Assembly: GCA_904063045.1 (NCBI GenBank)
Contig: CAJFCJ010000065.1
Location: 1 to 61,341 of the forward strand
Length of the DNA: 61,341 nucleotides
Direction: 5' to 3'
DNA from: Dimorphilus gyrociliatus
Taxonomy: Eukaryota > Animalia > Annelida
Part shown: in pieces, positions 1 to 12,555 of the stretch
Layout of the letters: every line of letters begins with the position of its first letter
Numbering within the stretch: position 1 is the stretch's first letter
Program-made: the position numbers and the translations under genes
The notes under the pieces: generated by a model
Database searches by the model: none
The model's input: only the letters and a program-made list of their open reading frames with translations
Told to the model about the DNA's origin: nothing

Positions 1-785
1 AGTATACAGAAGAATTGGATACAAGTCATTATCTTGCTACAATTCAAATTGTGGAAGTACAGACGAATTGCAAAAGTTCATCTATACGGATGATAGTTGA
101 GTTAAAAAATGTACAACATTGCCATCTGATAGTTGTAATTTCTTTTCAGATTCAAAAAGACAATTGGCATTTACTCACTCTTGCGTTAATGGTCCAATTT
201 TCAATGATGTAAAATTTAAATCAATAAAAACCAATCACATTACCAACTTTGAAAGCAATAGAAATGCATAATTGACAAAGGTTTTTTTTTAGCTTGTTGC
301 CAATGTTTAAATTTTCATACTCTTAACAATATTAATGAGTCAGCTAAAGTTAAAACTAAAACACTACATTGAAAGCGAATAACAAAGTATGATCATAAGT
401 TGATATTTAATCATCTTAAGCCTATCAATATAATCATCAATATAATCTAACCCTTTATAGAGGAGAGTAACCAGTCTCTAAATAGGCTAGATATCAGTTT
501 GGCTGATACTATCACCATAAAATCGAGAAAGTCTTCCCCATCTGATCAGTATTCTATTAACTCAATGAGCTCCATTCCTTTTAGTTTTCTTCCCTTTACA
601 TTACAACCAAATGGATTTTTGAAAGTTCAATTTGAAGTAACTACTAGAAGAAAGAGAGATGTTCAGCAGACATCAGATGTTTTACCTTTGTCTGAGACAA
701 GAGTAAAAGCATTTCCGATATCAACTGGTATGAATATAAATCATTCTTAGCAGTCTGATATTACATTGATACTATTCTTTAGAAT

Positions 786-1370
786 ACGACAGAAAATGGC
801 CCAACTGAGACAGAAAACGGCCACAAAATTTTTGAACCTAAAATATATAAAACAAGAAATGAAAGTGTGTTTATTTGAACAATTGAATATAAATAAAGTT
901 CAGAACACTTTTCTAGAACTTCTGAGGAAGTCATCTCATGGTTTTCAAATCTTTTTCAAATTGAAAATATTTTATTTTGCAGGTTCTTATAAAGCTTTCT
1001 TTGTTATCTTAATATCTTCTTTTCTGATAACATTCTTTGATATGCTGCTATAAGATCAGCTTTCCTTCTCAATTCATCTATCACAGAATAAAATGTTCAA
1101 CTGATTGTGAAATCCCTCAACATCATTATTTGTTCTTATTGCACATTGATAGATAGACCATCTTTTTGGTGAACAAACATCATTCATAATCCAAGTTCAA
1201 AATAATCAATGAAATCAGCAAGTTTATCAATTGATTTAAGGTAATCCTTAATTTTGATAAACTCTATTTCAACTTTTACAATATTTCCCATAATTGCAAA
1301 AGGAAGCAGAACATTTTCAGCAATTCATTTTTCAACAGAGCCTGTATGCTGTTGTGTGTCAGTATGAGTC
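786..1370 (-). mobile_element. Degenerate Mutator (MULE) transposase 3' remnant with terminal repeat
   Basis: The minus strand near 1100-1170 reads RWSIYQCAIRTNNDVEGFHNQLN, the MULE catalytic-Glu motif RTNNxxEGxH. Tandem gacagaaaa(t/c)ggcc(c)a units at 788-827 resemble the termini of other MULE/MITE copies in the window. Stops and frameshifts are present. Confidence 0.7.
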
Positions 1371-1872
1371 CGTGAGAATGTATGTAAGAAGGAAGGAGTG
1401 AGTGCCTATCATGTGTCTAGGTCAGGAGATCCAAGCTCATATTTTTTTTCTTTGTAGAAAGGAAGTTTTACAAAAGAGAAAATAAAGTTTTTGAAGATTT
1501 TTTCTGTTAAAAATATTAATATGAAAAAACATGAAAAATTCACTGATAAGTTTTTAATCTATTAATCAAATATGATTTTTTTTATTGAATTTAATTTTAT
1601 TGAGGTTATCTCTTTAACAAGATATGACAGAATTAAGGAAATTTTACAGATTAAATTAAATCAGGAAGGAAATTATTTCTTTGTCCGAATTTAATGCATT
1701 TTTCTTCTTTCTTGTTCTTTTAACTCTCCTAAACTAACATATAAACATACACTAATACTCATACTTTTATACTGCCTATTGTTCAGCAACCTTTTTACTA
1801 AATCATATTCAAACATTTCAATGAATCAATTACAAAATTAACTTTTCAGATAGGTTTTCTACAAAGATTTTT

Positions 1873-1875
<3 letters not shown>

Positions 1876-1905
<30 letters not shown>
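1876..1905. repeat. (TA)n microsatellite
   Basis: Direct reading. Similar tracts lie at ~12678-12700, ~24940-24961 and ~33915-33937. Confidence 0.9.
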
Positions 1906-1908
<3 letters not shown>

Positions 1909-1984
1909 TATCTTTGAAAATTTGCTCATATTATAAAGACAAAATAAATTAATTTATCAATGTGAATGTTAACAGATAATCTAT

Positions 1985-2560
1985 GAATAATAATTGGGAA
2001 AATATTGAAAAGTTTTCCTAGTTTGGAAACTGTAGATTTGAGCAGAAATGTAAAAATTAATAAAAAGGGACTATTGAGTATTTGTCAAGGGTTAAAAAAA
2101 TCATCAACCTCTTTAAGAAGTTTAATCTTTTGTGGGTGTAAATTTATACATTTTACCCAATGGAAATCAATTAGCTCATTAAAATAAGATAATTACATTT
2201 TTTAGAAAGATTTAATGTGATTTTTAATAACATAACAGACAGAAACTAATTCAATTATGTAAAGAATTAAACAGTTTTAACATATCTTAATTTTGCATAT
2301 TGTAATTTTTCTGCTATAGAATGTAAAGAATTGGGATACTTTTTATTGAATTTATCAAAATTAGAACAGATCATTTTAAGTGGTAAATAAATGGGTGATA
2401 AGTTAGCATTCATCTAGTAATGTACTTGTACAATCATCAAAAACACTGACAAAGTGTGCATTTGCTGATTGCAATCTAACTAAAGAGCAATGTATTTATA
2501 TTGCATGTGTTCTGAAAAAAATGTGACAATATCCACTTCATAGATTTGAATTTCAATACA
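1985..2560 (+). pseudogene. Ribonuclease-inhibitor/NLR-type LRR gene fragment
   Basis: ORF 2005-2187 (LETVDLSRN...LLSICQGLKKSSTSLRSLIFCGC) and downstream broken frames (LEQIILSG, TKCAFADCNL) match the LxxLxLxxN/C repeat and the paralog at 23603-24026. Several stops and frameshifts. Confidence 0.6.
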
Positions 2561-3479
2561 AATATGGGTGATGGAAATATTATTACGCACCAATTACATA
2601 TCCTAATGGATAAACATTTAAAATAAACAGGAAATGCAATTGCTTATTTCCCAATCCTATATAAAGATGTAGTTGTTCCTAATCATAGTAGTCATTTGTG
2701 TGTCATAACTTGCTGATGCGTCTCTTTGGTATTGATGTCTAAAACATAGTTTTTACACTTTTATTATTATTTGTGAGTACTTTGATAAACTGGCAATTGT
2801 TTGGAAAGGATCAATACAGTTTTATCGGGCCAGAAATTTCTAGAATTTCAATATAACATAATAACAATTGATTTTTCTCAAGTAACCTTAAAATAAGGAA
2901 GATATGATTTGATAAAATACTTTAGATAAGTGCAAAATGTGTCTTATTAATTGTAAAAACAAAACTGGCAAATTCAAAATGAAAATTGTCACCACTTTGA
3001 AGGAAATATCTGATCATCTGCTTGTTAGATGAGTTATCTTTTAATCTTGTATCTACACAGTTTCTTCTGTAGTCATAGACATATTCGTTTCAAAGAACAA
3101 TCAATAAATAATATATGCTAAAATTACATGTTGTGTTGAAATGTTAGGCCTTGTAGAAGAATATGTAAATTGTTTAAAATATTCATTCAATTCTTGCTAA
3201 ATGCTCCCATGACATTCAAGAAAGATTGATTTAGGTTGGAGCCGTATTATACAATTAACAATCTTGCAAATATCAGTTTTTAATAAAATGATGATAAAAT
3301 GATGCCCAGAACATCTTTACATACCCCAACACATTTTTTTCTTAGTATGTTTTTTTCTCAAGCCCATCCATTTCTATTATTAATACGAAATTTTGAAAAT
3401 CCCACAATTGGAATATTTTAACCTGAAAATTCAAATATTCTTTTTTCCCTGTTTTTTCATCTTTTTAAGACAAGATTTT

Positions 3480-3860
3480 TTATAAACATCAATAAGGGAA
3501 GCTTCCTTATTTAATTCATTAACCAATTGGTAAAAAGATCTGATTATGGTAATGTGATATAGTCTATCAAATCAGAATGTCTGTTTGTTGCTTTCATTTC
3601 ATGCTCAGTTAAATTGAAGATTGTTGGTACAGTAGTAGAATGAAGGAAAGGTATTTCTGATATCTTTTTTAATGTTGTCCTCCCATTATTCACATTTGAT
3701 TGATAAGCTTTACTGTATCCCAAACTCTAAAAATAAATCTAGCTCATTTAATTTGTAGCCAAATTAAAAAATTTATCTCAACTGAATCTTTCGATAGAGT
3801 GCCACAACATTTCAGCCCATTTTAAGGCATGCATACTGTGCACTTAGAAATAATAACAAT
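3480..3860 (-). mobile_element. Possible THAP-domain remnant (decayed DNA transposon gene)
   Basis: The minus strand gives KCCG...WLQIK and ...FLHSTTVPTIF, resembling the THAP N-terminal Cys and C-terminal AVPTIF motifs. The central CxxHF motif is not clearly seen. Confidence 0.35.
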
Positions 3861-5822
3861 GATATTTCAACTTTAGATATATTTGAACTTTAGAAAGGCT
3901 TCTATTTTGTAGCAATTATAATACAGAAACGTTTATAGGAATTTTAAATGGGAATTTGGAAAGACTTTTATTTAGTAGAATTAGATTCCAGAATTTTAGA
4001 AAGACCTTTATTTTGTAGGAAATAGATTTTTTGATCATAACAGATTGTTCAACTATGGAATTAACAAAGGAACAAACAGTATAGAAAAAATGCATGTCAA
4101 ACTTATTATATCCTATTCAAAAACAGATGAGGCAGGCATGTTTTTGCAGTGCCGCATGTTGGTGTACTGCTCTTGCAGGATCTGGACAGTTGACCCCATT
4201 AGGACAGTTAACCTCTATAGTCACTTACTTGATTTTTGAGTGTTGGTATGCAATATCTTTCTTAACCCCATGGTGGAGTAAGTGTAGAAAAATACTACTA
4301 AAACCATTCAGAAACAGATACCAAAGACTAAGTTTGATGAAGCAGTAGCCTTAAAATCAAATCGGAAAAAAATAGAGAAGAATCACCAACATAGAGAAAT
4401 AATGGAAAAATTCAACAGATTTAGAGAAAAAGCACAGTTGAAAATAGTCCTGAAAAAGAAAATACAGAGAAGTAAAGAAGTAATGGATGATGTATATTCA
4501 CAAGTTGATATTGTCATTAAGTCAAGAATTACAATGCAAATATCATAAGAAAAACTAAAAATCAATTTAAGATTATTAAAAAAAATTGGACAGTTGAGTC
4601 ATCTCAATGTGAAATGATCACAGACGTCAACCAATCCAAAGTGCAATGGAAAGGCCTCAGTCTGACGAAGCTACCTTATTGATCGTAGCAATTCCTTCTG
4701 CCAGGTAAGTACGCTTTTCATGGGTTCACACCTTGAGTATTATTTTAACTTTTGTATCTAGAGATGGCGCAGGGTAGATACAAAATTAATAGAAGAGTTC
4801 AATTTGTGACTTTTTCTCTTTTTAATATATGAACACTGTCTTTGAGAATTAGATATTCAATGGCATATTTTCTACTTAGATTCACATGATGTAACAGAAA
4901 CATTAATGGAATGTCTAAATCAAATTATGATAAATTGGGTTACACAGGAATAGAACAGTAGGTGTTTATATACTTTCAGGTTTATCCCTGATATTCAATC
5001 ATCACCTTGGTGAATTTTGTCTATTTCTTTACTAACAGTAAGTCATAAGGTTCAATATTTAGGAGGATTTATTGAGATACACCTTGGCCATACCTTATCT
5101 ATAATGGATCCTAGCTCTGACTAATTGAAATATAATTCAACCATCTATTATTGGGCTTTCTTACATAGATTTTTAGGTAAGATTGTTATTAGCTGTGTAG
5201 AATAATATAATTAAAGCATAAAATATAATGAAAGCTGTAGATCAGGCGTAGATGACTTTGATACAGACACACCTTGCTTTATCAACAATACCAATACAGT
5301 TGACAACATGGTAAAGTACACACAGCTGTCAAAGCATCTATTGACTTTTCTACTCCATTTTAAGCATAACTCTGAAGCACTACCAAATATAGGTCTTATG
5401 GTGAGAGAAAGACTATAAGCTATATGATGTAAATCTTTCACAATAAATTTGAATTAAACCAACTATAACTTTATTAATAAACCCTCACCATGAGCCATAA
5501 GACTTAATCTGAAAGCCACTATTATAGCCACAAGGTAATGTTATAGCAATTTTATACCTCATTGAGTACAGTTTTACCATCAACAGGTATGGTTTCACTC
5601 CCAAAAAATGAGCACTTTTTTATAAGCTTTGTTTGATTTTTTTTATTCTGTCTATTAACTTTTAGTATATTTAACCTCTTACCCTCTTTTTACTGTTCAA
5701 CACCTATCCAGTCGTTAATATTTTAATAACTTATACTATTCAAATTAGTTCTTAACAGTAATGTATTACTTATTAACATTATGCAAAACAGAGAGAATAG
5801 AATAATTCAAAAAAAGTCTGTT

Positions 5823-6666
5823 TTAGTCTTGCTCCTTTTTCTTTTTTTGTTTATAATTCCATATGCGGCCAATTTGAGAGAATCCTATTATTGCCACTAA
5901 AATGTTGAACAAAGGTAAACTTAAAGCTGCCGGAGATATAAGTAGGGAATGTCTTGCCCAGATGCATCCTGCAAAACCAGATAGGTAACACATTGTCTAT
6001 CTTATAATTAATCAGTTGATGACAAAAAGAGGTTTGGTTTGACATTCATAACTTCTTATAAAGTGGACAACAGGAGTGTATGGACACCGTAAATTTTGAT
6101 AGGCCAACTTTTAATTAATGGTTATGGTATTTTCTATAAAAAATATATTAGGTATAAACATACCTAACTGCTGTTTTAAAGAAATTTATATAAAATGGCA
6201 AGTTGAACCTATTATTAAACACTAAAAAAATAAAAAAAGTAATCTTTTTTCATCGTGAAAAGATTTTTAATATTTGGCCTATAAAAATTTGAGGTGTTCC
6301 AACGTACCTGTTGTTTACTTTATAACCACGCGAAAAAATGAAAATACCTATTGCAGCCAGGGAAACAGATTGGGGGAGGCTCAAATATTCAGCTGGTCGG
6401 GCATAGTCAGCTAGACCAGCTATAACTAACCCCTGTAAATACAATCAAAGTTTTATTACAGTAAATAATGTTTATTTAACCATTGTATACCCATTTGAAA
6501 GTTGGTGCCCAATAAAATGTTATTTTTGGACCTGAAATTACATATTGTTAATAACATCATATTCAAAATTATTCTTTCTACCTGATTCATGCTTCCGAAA
6601 CGGTTGTAATCTCCGTGGAACGAATTTACCAATGTTATTTATCAATGATCTATATACCTTTGCCAT
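5823..6666 (-). CDS. MPC2: Mitochondrial pyruvate carrier 2-like protein, 4 exons (6666-6582, 6531-6491, 6432-6348, 5968-5823), 118 aa
   Basis: Hand-spliced at GT-AG introns with compatible phases: MAKVYRSLINNIGKFVPRRLQPFRKHES-GPKITFYWAPTFKW-GLVIAGLADYARPAEYLSLPQSVSLAAI-GCIWARHSLLISPAALSLPLFNILVAIIGFSQIGRIWNYKQKKKKEQD*. It matches the MPC2 family motifs (GPxTxFFWAPxxKWGLVxAGLAD, IWxRYS). Confidence 0.88.
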
Positions 6667-7932
6667 TTTGTTCAACCGGTCACTATTGATTTTGTTCAAG
6701 TTTGAGACCGGTTGATCAAAATGTGGTCTAGTTTTTTTAGTCTATTCAGACATTCAGGATTGAGAAAAAGAAATTGCCAGAAGATTGGCAAGTTGTAGTT
6801 CTACTACTACAATAAGTCAGGACGCTTTCAATAAAATTTATCAAGAGAAGAGACACTTAATGGTGCAAATTCCATAATGGCTTCATCTAATCTGGGCAAA
6901 GAATTTATTTCCTACAAAATAGAGTTCTTTTTGTAAATCAAAATTTACAGGTGTACATTTTTTTATAAAGTCCACTTTATTCAGGAGATTAAAAAAATAA
7001 CCATTATTGATTTGAGATAAAAACCAATACATTATTAAGCATAGCTTGTTATAGATTGGAAATCAGACAACCTTTTTCTCAAGGTTGTCTGGTGTTCACG
7101 TAAACCAAATATGTAAAACCCTAGGAAAGATGTTGTTGAAAACGGCAATGATTTTACTCTAATCATAACCTTAAGACCTAACATTAAAACTAACCCTAAA
7201 CCTAACCCTGCCAACAACTAACTTCACCCATCAATGTAAACTTTAAAGCTCCATAAAGCGGAAACCACTAGGCCAATTTGGCTCAAATTCCGTACAGTGG
7301 TTCAACTCGTTGATATTTGTAAAAGATTTCAAGTTAATCAGAGATAATTGAATTTTTCTATATTTAGATTGTCAGCAATCTAAGCCTCTGGATTGGCAAA
7401 CCCTAACCTCATGACCTAAACCTTTAATTAGGAGCCATCTATGTTTGCTATACATCTTGATCTCATGCCAAATATTTTGAACATTATCTATGAACTTTAA
7501 TGCTTATTAAAAAAAAACCTGATAAAAAAAGATTAATTAGATTTTTGTTTCTCGAAATTGTTTTAGCTCAATTATGGTTAATTGGCTGGTGAGTTCTCTT
7601 CTTCCTTTCCCATAGTATACATTTAATGCCATTTTCCTTATGTAGAATCAATCACTGTTCTTTCTCTGTTGAGTACTGTTAGATAGATGACATTTACTTT
7701 CATAATGAAAGTAAAACAGGAAGTTTAAAAGTTGTTGTTTGTACTTTGTTGTATTGTAATTGTAAGAATTTCTGCTTCTTCAGAACAGTATTTGTCCTTT
7801 CTAATTATTTATCAACTTACCAAAGTACTCAAACAAATAGAAAATGAGTTTCTAGTTCTAAACAAACAAGTTTAAACAACAGGCTGACATGTTGAAGATG
7901 ATGTGCCACTTTACTTCCCATGACATTAGGAG

Positions 7933-10349
7933 TTGTGGCTTCCACTAGTGATGACTGTAATGGTGATCTGTGGCTGCATCCACTCAATAACAGTTCCGAA
8001 ACCATCCTACCAAGGTGCACATGTTACAAGTGCAAACATTACCTTAACATTTAAACCACCATTATACTTTTGTTCTAACCAACTACCAAGCCAGGCATTT
8101 GATCTAGCAGATGAGCCAACTTGTAATATAGAATCACAAGAAACCAAGACAATTACAGCTGATATCTATGAATTGAACTTGGAAGAAATTGAAACAAGAG
8201 CAGTAAAATGTCAAGTGTATCTAAGAACTAATTTTTACACTTACTATTTCTTTGGAGCAAAGAAGAGGAGAATTGTTAACTCAGTTGTCAAAGTAACTCA
8301 TGATCAATGTAGACAGATGGTAAAAGACAAACAATCTTTTCAAGGAAAACCTGTAATGGTGAAAAGAAACACTTGGATCCACCAAGATCAGTTTCCTGCT
8401 GCCTACACATGGCCAACAACTACCAAGGTGCTGGAATACACCACAATTATCCAGTTTGGCAAAGCATATTGGCAACCTCCTAATATGAAAATTACAACTA
8501 ATCTGGACTACCTGGAAGATTGTTTACCAGGGCAGTCCTATTGTGAAACAGAAGAGGCAATTATTGTCTTTAGGAACCTCAAGAATAATTACACACTTGG
8601 GCAACAATCACCATGGATAAAAATTAGCAACAGAATTAGTTGTATCAAATTTGCTGGTCACTATTCTTGTCCAGGGTATTCTATTCTGGACATCCCTTAT
8701 CAAGATAAGTTTATTGATGGAATTGGTGGTCCTGGAACAAAAGTACTAGTACCACTGGAGGAACAGAGTTTAATACAGGAAACAAGCAAGGAACACCTAT
8801 ACAATTTGCTACAATATCAGAAGATTGGCAAAAATGAAGAAAAACGACTATTAAACTATCCCAATAAAGTTAAAGAACAAATTATACTATACAAGCGAAA
8901 CAACCCCTTACCAAGTCTTAACCAATGGTACAGAGAAACAAACACAAAGTATAAACTAATGAGAAATAAAGGCACACTCAAGGAAGTTGTGATATATCAT
9001 CTACAACAACCCATTAGTCCATCTTACTGGGAGCTGGATAACTATTATATCCAAGAAATGCTGCAAGCAGTCAATTGGACAAGGGCAACAAGACAATCTG
9101 TCACGATTTCAAAATATGTATACAGTGAGAAAAGAATCAAAAAGAAGGTATTACCAACATTGGGCATATGGTATAAAGGACCACCAGCCAGAGAATTTAA
9201 GATTACCTATGAAGGAATTTATTTTACTCTACACATGAGAATGGCTAAAAAAGCAGATGAAGAAGGAAGCAAAACTGAAACATAAGATAAGTAAAAACCC
9301 ATACCACAAATTCCCATTGGAAATGAGAGAAGCTGCCCAAACATCTACCTTACTACATGGTATTGATTCAAATTTTAAGAATTTAAAAAAGTTTACCCAA
9401 CAGCTGTCAAGTCTTCTCTGCAATCAATTTGTTCAAAGAAGCAGAATGATGGCATTACTAGCAAATTTGGATCCTCAATTGACCACAGTGTTAACAAATG
9501 AGTTGGGAATGCACAGTAGTCAGATGGGAGAATTAGCTATAATTAAACAATGTTCACCAATAGCCTCAACAGAAGTAGTTTGTGACTTAAGCATGATAAA
9601 AAAGAATAACAAATGTTCTCAATTTTTACTTGTCACCATGAACAACCTGCTTTTCCAAGTAGAACCAGTTACTCATGTTTTACAGCAAGTCAATCCTGAA
9701 GAGATTACCTATAATGAGTGTAAGTCTAACAAGTTATTCTACAAAACAACTCACAACCCATTAAATCCTATAAGAAACCAACCAATGAAAGACAAAACGT
9801 ATGTGTATTATTCAGAAAGAGGATGCAGATTTCACACTGTGTCTGCAAAATCCATGCAGTTACATATCCACAATCACCTTTCTGAACCAAAAATTGAAAT
9901 TGCCAGATTAGCTGATCTACTCCACCATGGGGTAAAGAAGGATATTGCATACCAGCACTCAAAAATTAAGCAAGTTATCAGTTCACTGGAACAGAAGCAG
10001 GCAAGGTATGATAACATGGTCACTGTTGTACCCAACAGAGAAAAATGGCATTGTACCCAATTTATCTGGAATTAAAAAGTTTTTCCATAGTTGGTACTAT
10101 AAACCTGGGAAAACACTTTATGTTATCATACGAAATATTTGTTTGAGTATTGTAGTGTCAATGGTATGTATCATCATTTTCAACTATATTATTGGAAGAA
10201 GAAAACAAAGAGAAGAAATTGCTACCCCAAGTGAGAGCACAGATAACTCTCCTGAAAACCCAAAACTAATGAAACAAAGTTGTAGCTTTAGTCAACATCA
10301 AACTAATGAAGAAGAACAACCACCTGTAATTCTCATTAAATCAAGATGA
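7933..10349 (+). pseudogene. Envelope glycoprotein, class III (gB-like) fusion protein, ~800 codons, two frameshifts (~9245-9257 and ~10035-10050)
   Basis: N-terminal hydrophobic signal (LWLPLVMTVMVICGCIHS), YFC-x16-C, aromatic loops YTYYFFG and AYTWP, C-x17-P-x17-G-x7-C (CNQFVQRSRMMALLANLDP...MGELAIIKQC), C-terminal TM (VIIRNICLSIVVSMVCIIIFNYII) followed by a basic stop-transfer RRK and a cytoplasmic tail. Confidence 0.8.
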
Positions 10350-10365
10350 AGGGACTCATCTTCAC

Positions 10366-10379
10366 AAAGAAGGGGGAAG
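10366..10379 (+). other. Polypurine tract
   Basis: aaagaagggggaag lies 17 nt after the env stop and is separated by one T from TGTAC at 10381. Confidence 0.8.
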
Positions 10380-10380
10380 T

Positions 10381-11015
10381 TGTACAACTTTGGTTATATT
10401 TTACATGCTTGAACTCTATTATTTTATGCAACATATACATGTACATCTTAAAACCTACACAAGAAAATGCTATAACATTGGCCAAACATAAGTCTGATTA
10501 GTCAGCTTGAAGATTCATCTTTAATTACCAATAAAGGTTTGGCCAAGTTATAATTTAATTAACTTGCCTAGGGTGTGGCCAAGTTATAATTCAATTAACC
10601 TTCCTAAATGTTGAACCTTGTAACATCCTGTTACTAAAGATAAATATGAACTACACATTTCGGCAACTGTAAAGTGATGATTGGATGTCAGAGACAAACC
10701 TCAAAGTATATAAATCCTCATTATTCTCATTTGGCATGCAGCTTCCATCTGGACCCAAGGACCTGGGAAAATCATCTGGAAACAACCTCCACTGGAACCA
10801 TCCATCTACTCCTCAACATTAGAAGACAGTTTGGTAATTTGGCAACCTGCTTTTACAAACTATCTACTCTGCTATCGAACTCTCATATTGTTACTTGCTT
10901 AAGTATTATTATTGCGAATAAACCATTTTAATTTAAACATTTGTTTAAAGGTTCGAGTAGAACCAGTATTGTTATAACTTGCAAACGCATAGATTTTGCC
11001 AGCAAGAGCAGTACA
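10381..11015 (+). repeat. 3' LTR (635 bp) of the env-bearing element
   Basis: Starts TGTAC and ends GTACA. It has an internal ~36-bp direct repeat (ggccaagttataatt(t/c)aattaac, ~10540-10600), a TATA-like tatataaa at ~10707 and AATAAA at ~10916. The right end is inferred from the terminal inverted repeat, since no second LTR is available for comparison. Confidence 0.65.
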
Positions 11016-11430
11016 TTATCAACACTGTTGCTTTGATGAAAGCATTGGTTTTATTGTTGGTAAAGCTATTGGAAATAATCCACATTTGGAAGATATTACT
11101 TTGGAAGATAATTAATTTAGATTAAATGTTGTAAAAGAAATATTTCAGAATATAAAAGACAATTGGTCCAATTTGAAAGCACTTACCCTCTCAAAATGTT
11201 TCCTTGATGGCAGTATTGGTGTGGTTATGGGTGAAGGTCTTGATAGTAATACACATTTGGAAAAATTACTTTTGACAATATAATTAATTGAGTCAGATGT
11301 TGGGCAAAAGGCACTTTGAAATATTAGTGACAATTGTTCTAATCTGATTCTATGCTTACTATTTGCTGATGACAACTGTGTTTTACTTTCTGGTAAAGGA
11401 ATTGGTTGCATTCTTCATTTTGGATAACTG
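11016..11430 (+). pseudogene. RI-type LRR gene remnant (5'-truncated copy)
   Basis: Broken frames read CCFDESIGFIVGKAIGNNPHLEDITLEDN and NLKALTLSKCFLDGSIGVVMGEGLDSNTHLEKLLL. The upstream part survives only in the right-arm context. Confidence 0.6.
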
Positions 11431-12555
11431 TATTTACAAAAAAAATACAATTAGATCAGATATTAAAATAGAAATATGTCAATAATTTAAAGACAACTGA
11501 TGGAATTTGTAGACTGAACCTTGAACCTCAAAATGTTATCAGTTGCTTTCTAATCTTATTATTCATATGTAGCAATTAGTTCTATTCTACCATTGATGAA
11601 TAGTAGGGGATAAAAATTGGTCTCTGCCCATTTGCATTAGTAGACTTGAGCATTAGTGACCTACTTTTATGTGGTTGTGAGCAAACAATTTGATGAAAAT
11701 ACAGTATATTTATTATTCTAGAGAAAATTGGTATTAGCCAAAACCTCTCCTCAACTGTACTTTGTTGTATAGTAATTGTCAGAATATTTTTGCACATGAG
11801 AACTGTATTTATCCTTTCTAATCATTTATCAATTTGCTAATGTGCTCACCCAAATCTAAGCTTAAATTTAAAATTACTAAACTTTAGAATGCATTCTGTT
11901 CTGAACAATACAGTTAGTTAGTCAGCATTTTACAGTTAGAGAACTTTCTAGTTCATGTTTATTTTTAGTAACAAGATGCTACATGAACCAAAACATAAAC
12001 ATTCATTTTAATGAATTAATCTTTTAAAAAATTTTCTCAATAAATAAATAAAAATTTATTTCTAAATACAAATACTTTTAAATTGGAAGAAAATACTTTT
12101 TTATATTTTCTGTTTAAAGCGACAGCTAGTAGTAATTAAATAAAAAGATATCTACAAATATTCAAGATTTATATATTTGTGTTCAATGACTTTTAAAAAT
12201 ACAAAAACATTTTGTAATTTTTTTAAATTTCTTTCATTTTCAATTTTATTTTATTAAAGAGAGAAATATAAACAAAGTTATTATAATAAAATTTTCAATT
12301 CTTCCATTATATATTTTCCATAATTTTCTAAATCAGAGTAAATATGATTATTATTTAAAATAAATTTTAAATTTTTAGATTCTATACTAAAGCCAATTGT
12401 CAGTCTTTTATTATCTGCAACTTTTTTCTGAAATAAAAGAAAAATTTGTAAAAAAATAACAGGCAAATGTTTTGTAATGAATTTTATATTTTTTTACGTA
12501 TTTGAATATTTGTAGATTGAAATTATTAAATGAAATAAAACAATTATGTAAATTA

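Larger units (their letters stand above)
7831..11015 (+). mobile_element. 5'-truncated env-bearing LTR retroelement (pol tail, env, PPT, 3' LTR)
   Basis: A degenerate integrase-like tail at 7831-7929 is followed by a glycoprotein gene in three frameshifted ORFs, a polypurine tract at 10366-10379 and a TGTAC...GTACA-bounded segment at 10381-11015. No gag, RT or 5' LTR is present in the window. Confidence 0.8.

Noticed and set aside
2-270. Cys-containing frame that might be the end of a PAN-like exon
   Set aside because: It has an internal stop, is cut by the window edge, and the motif is too weak.
499-750. ORF with an RRKR furin-like site resembling a TGF-beta propeptide end
   Set aside because: No cysteine-knot domain follows and there is no ATG or signal peptide, so it is unsupported.
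4064-4348. SAACWCTALAGSG, similar to a SWIM zinc finger
   Set aside because: The His and spacing are incomplete; it may be a TE relic but cannot be supported.
7035-7217. Hydrophobic ORF MLAGLGLGLVLMLGLKV
   Set aside because: Artefact of a degenerate (TTAGGG)-like MITE tract.
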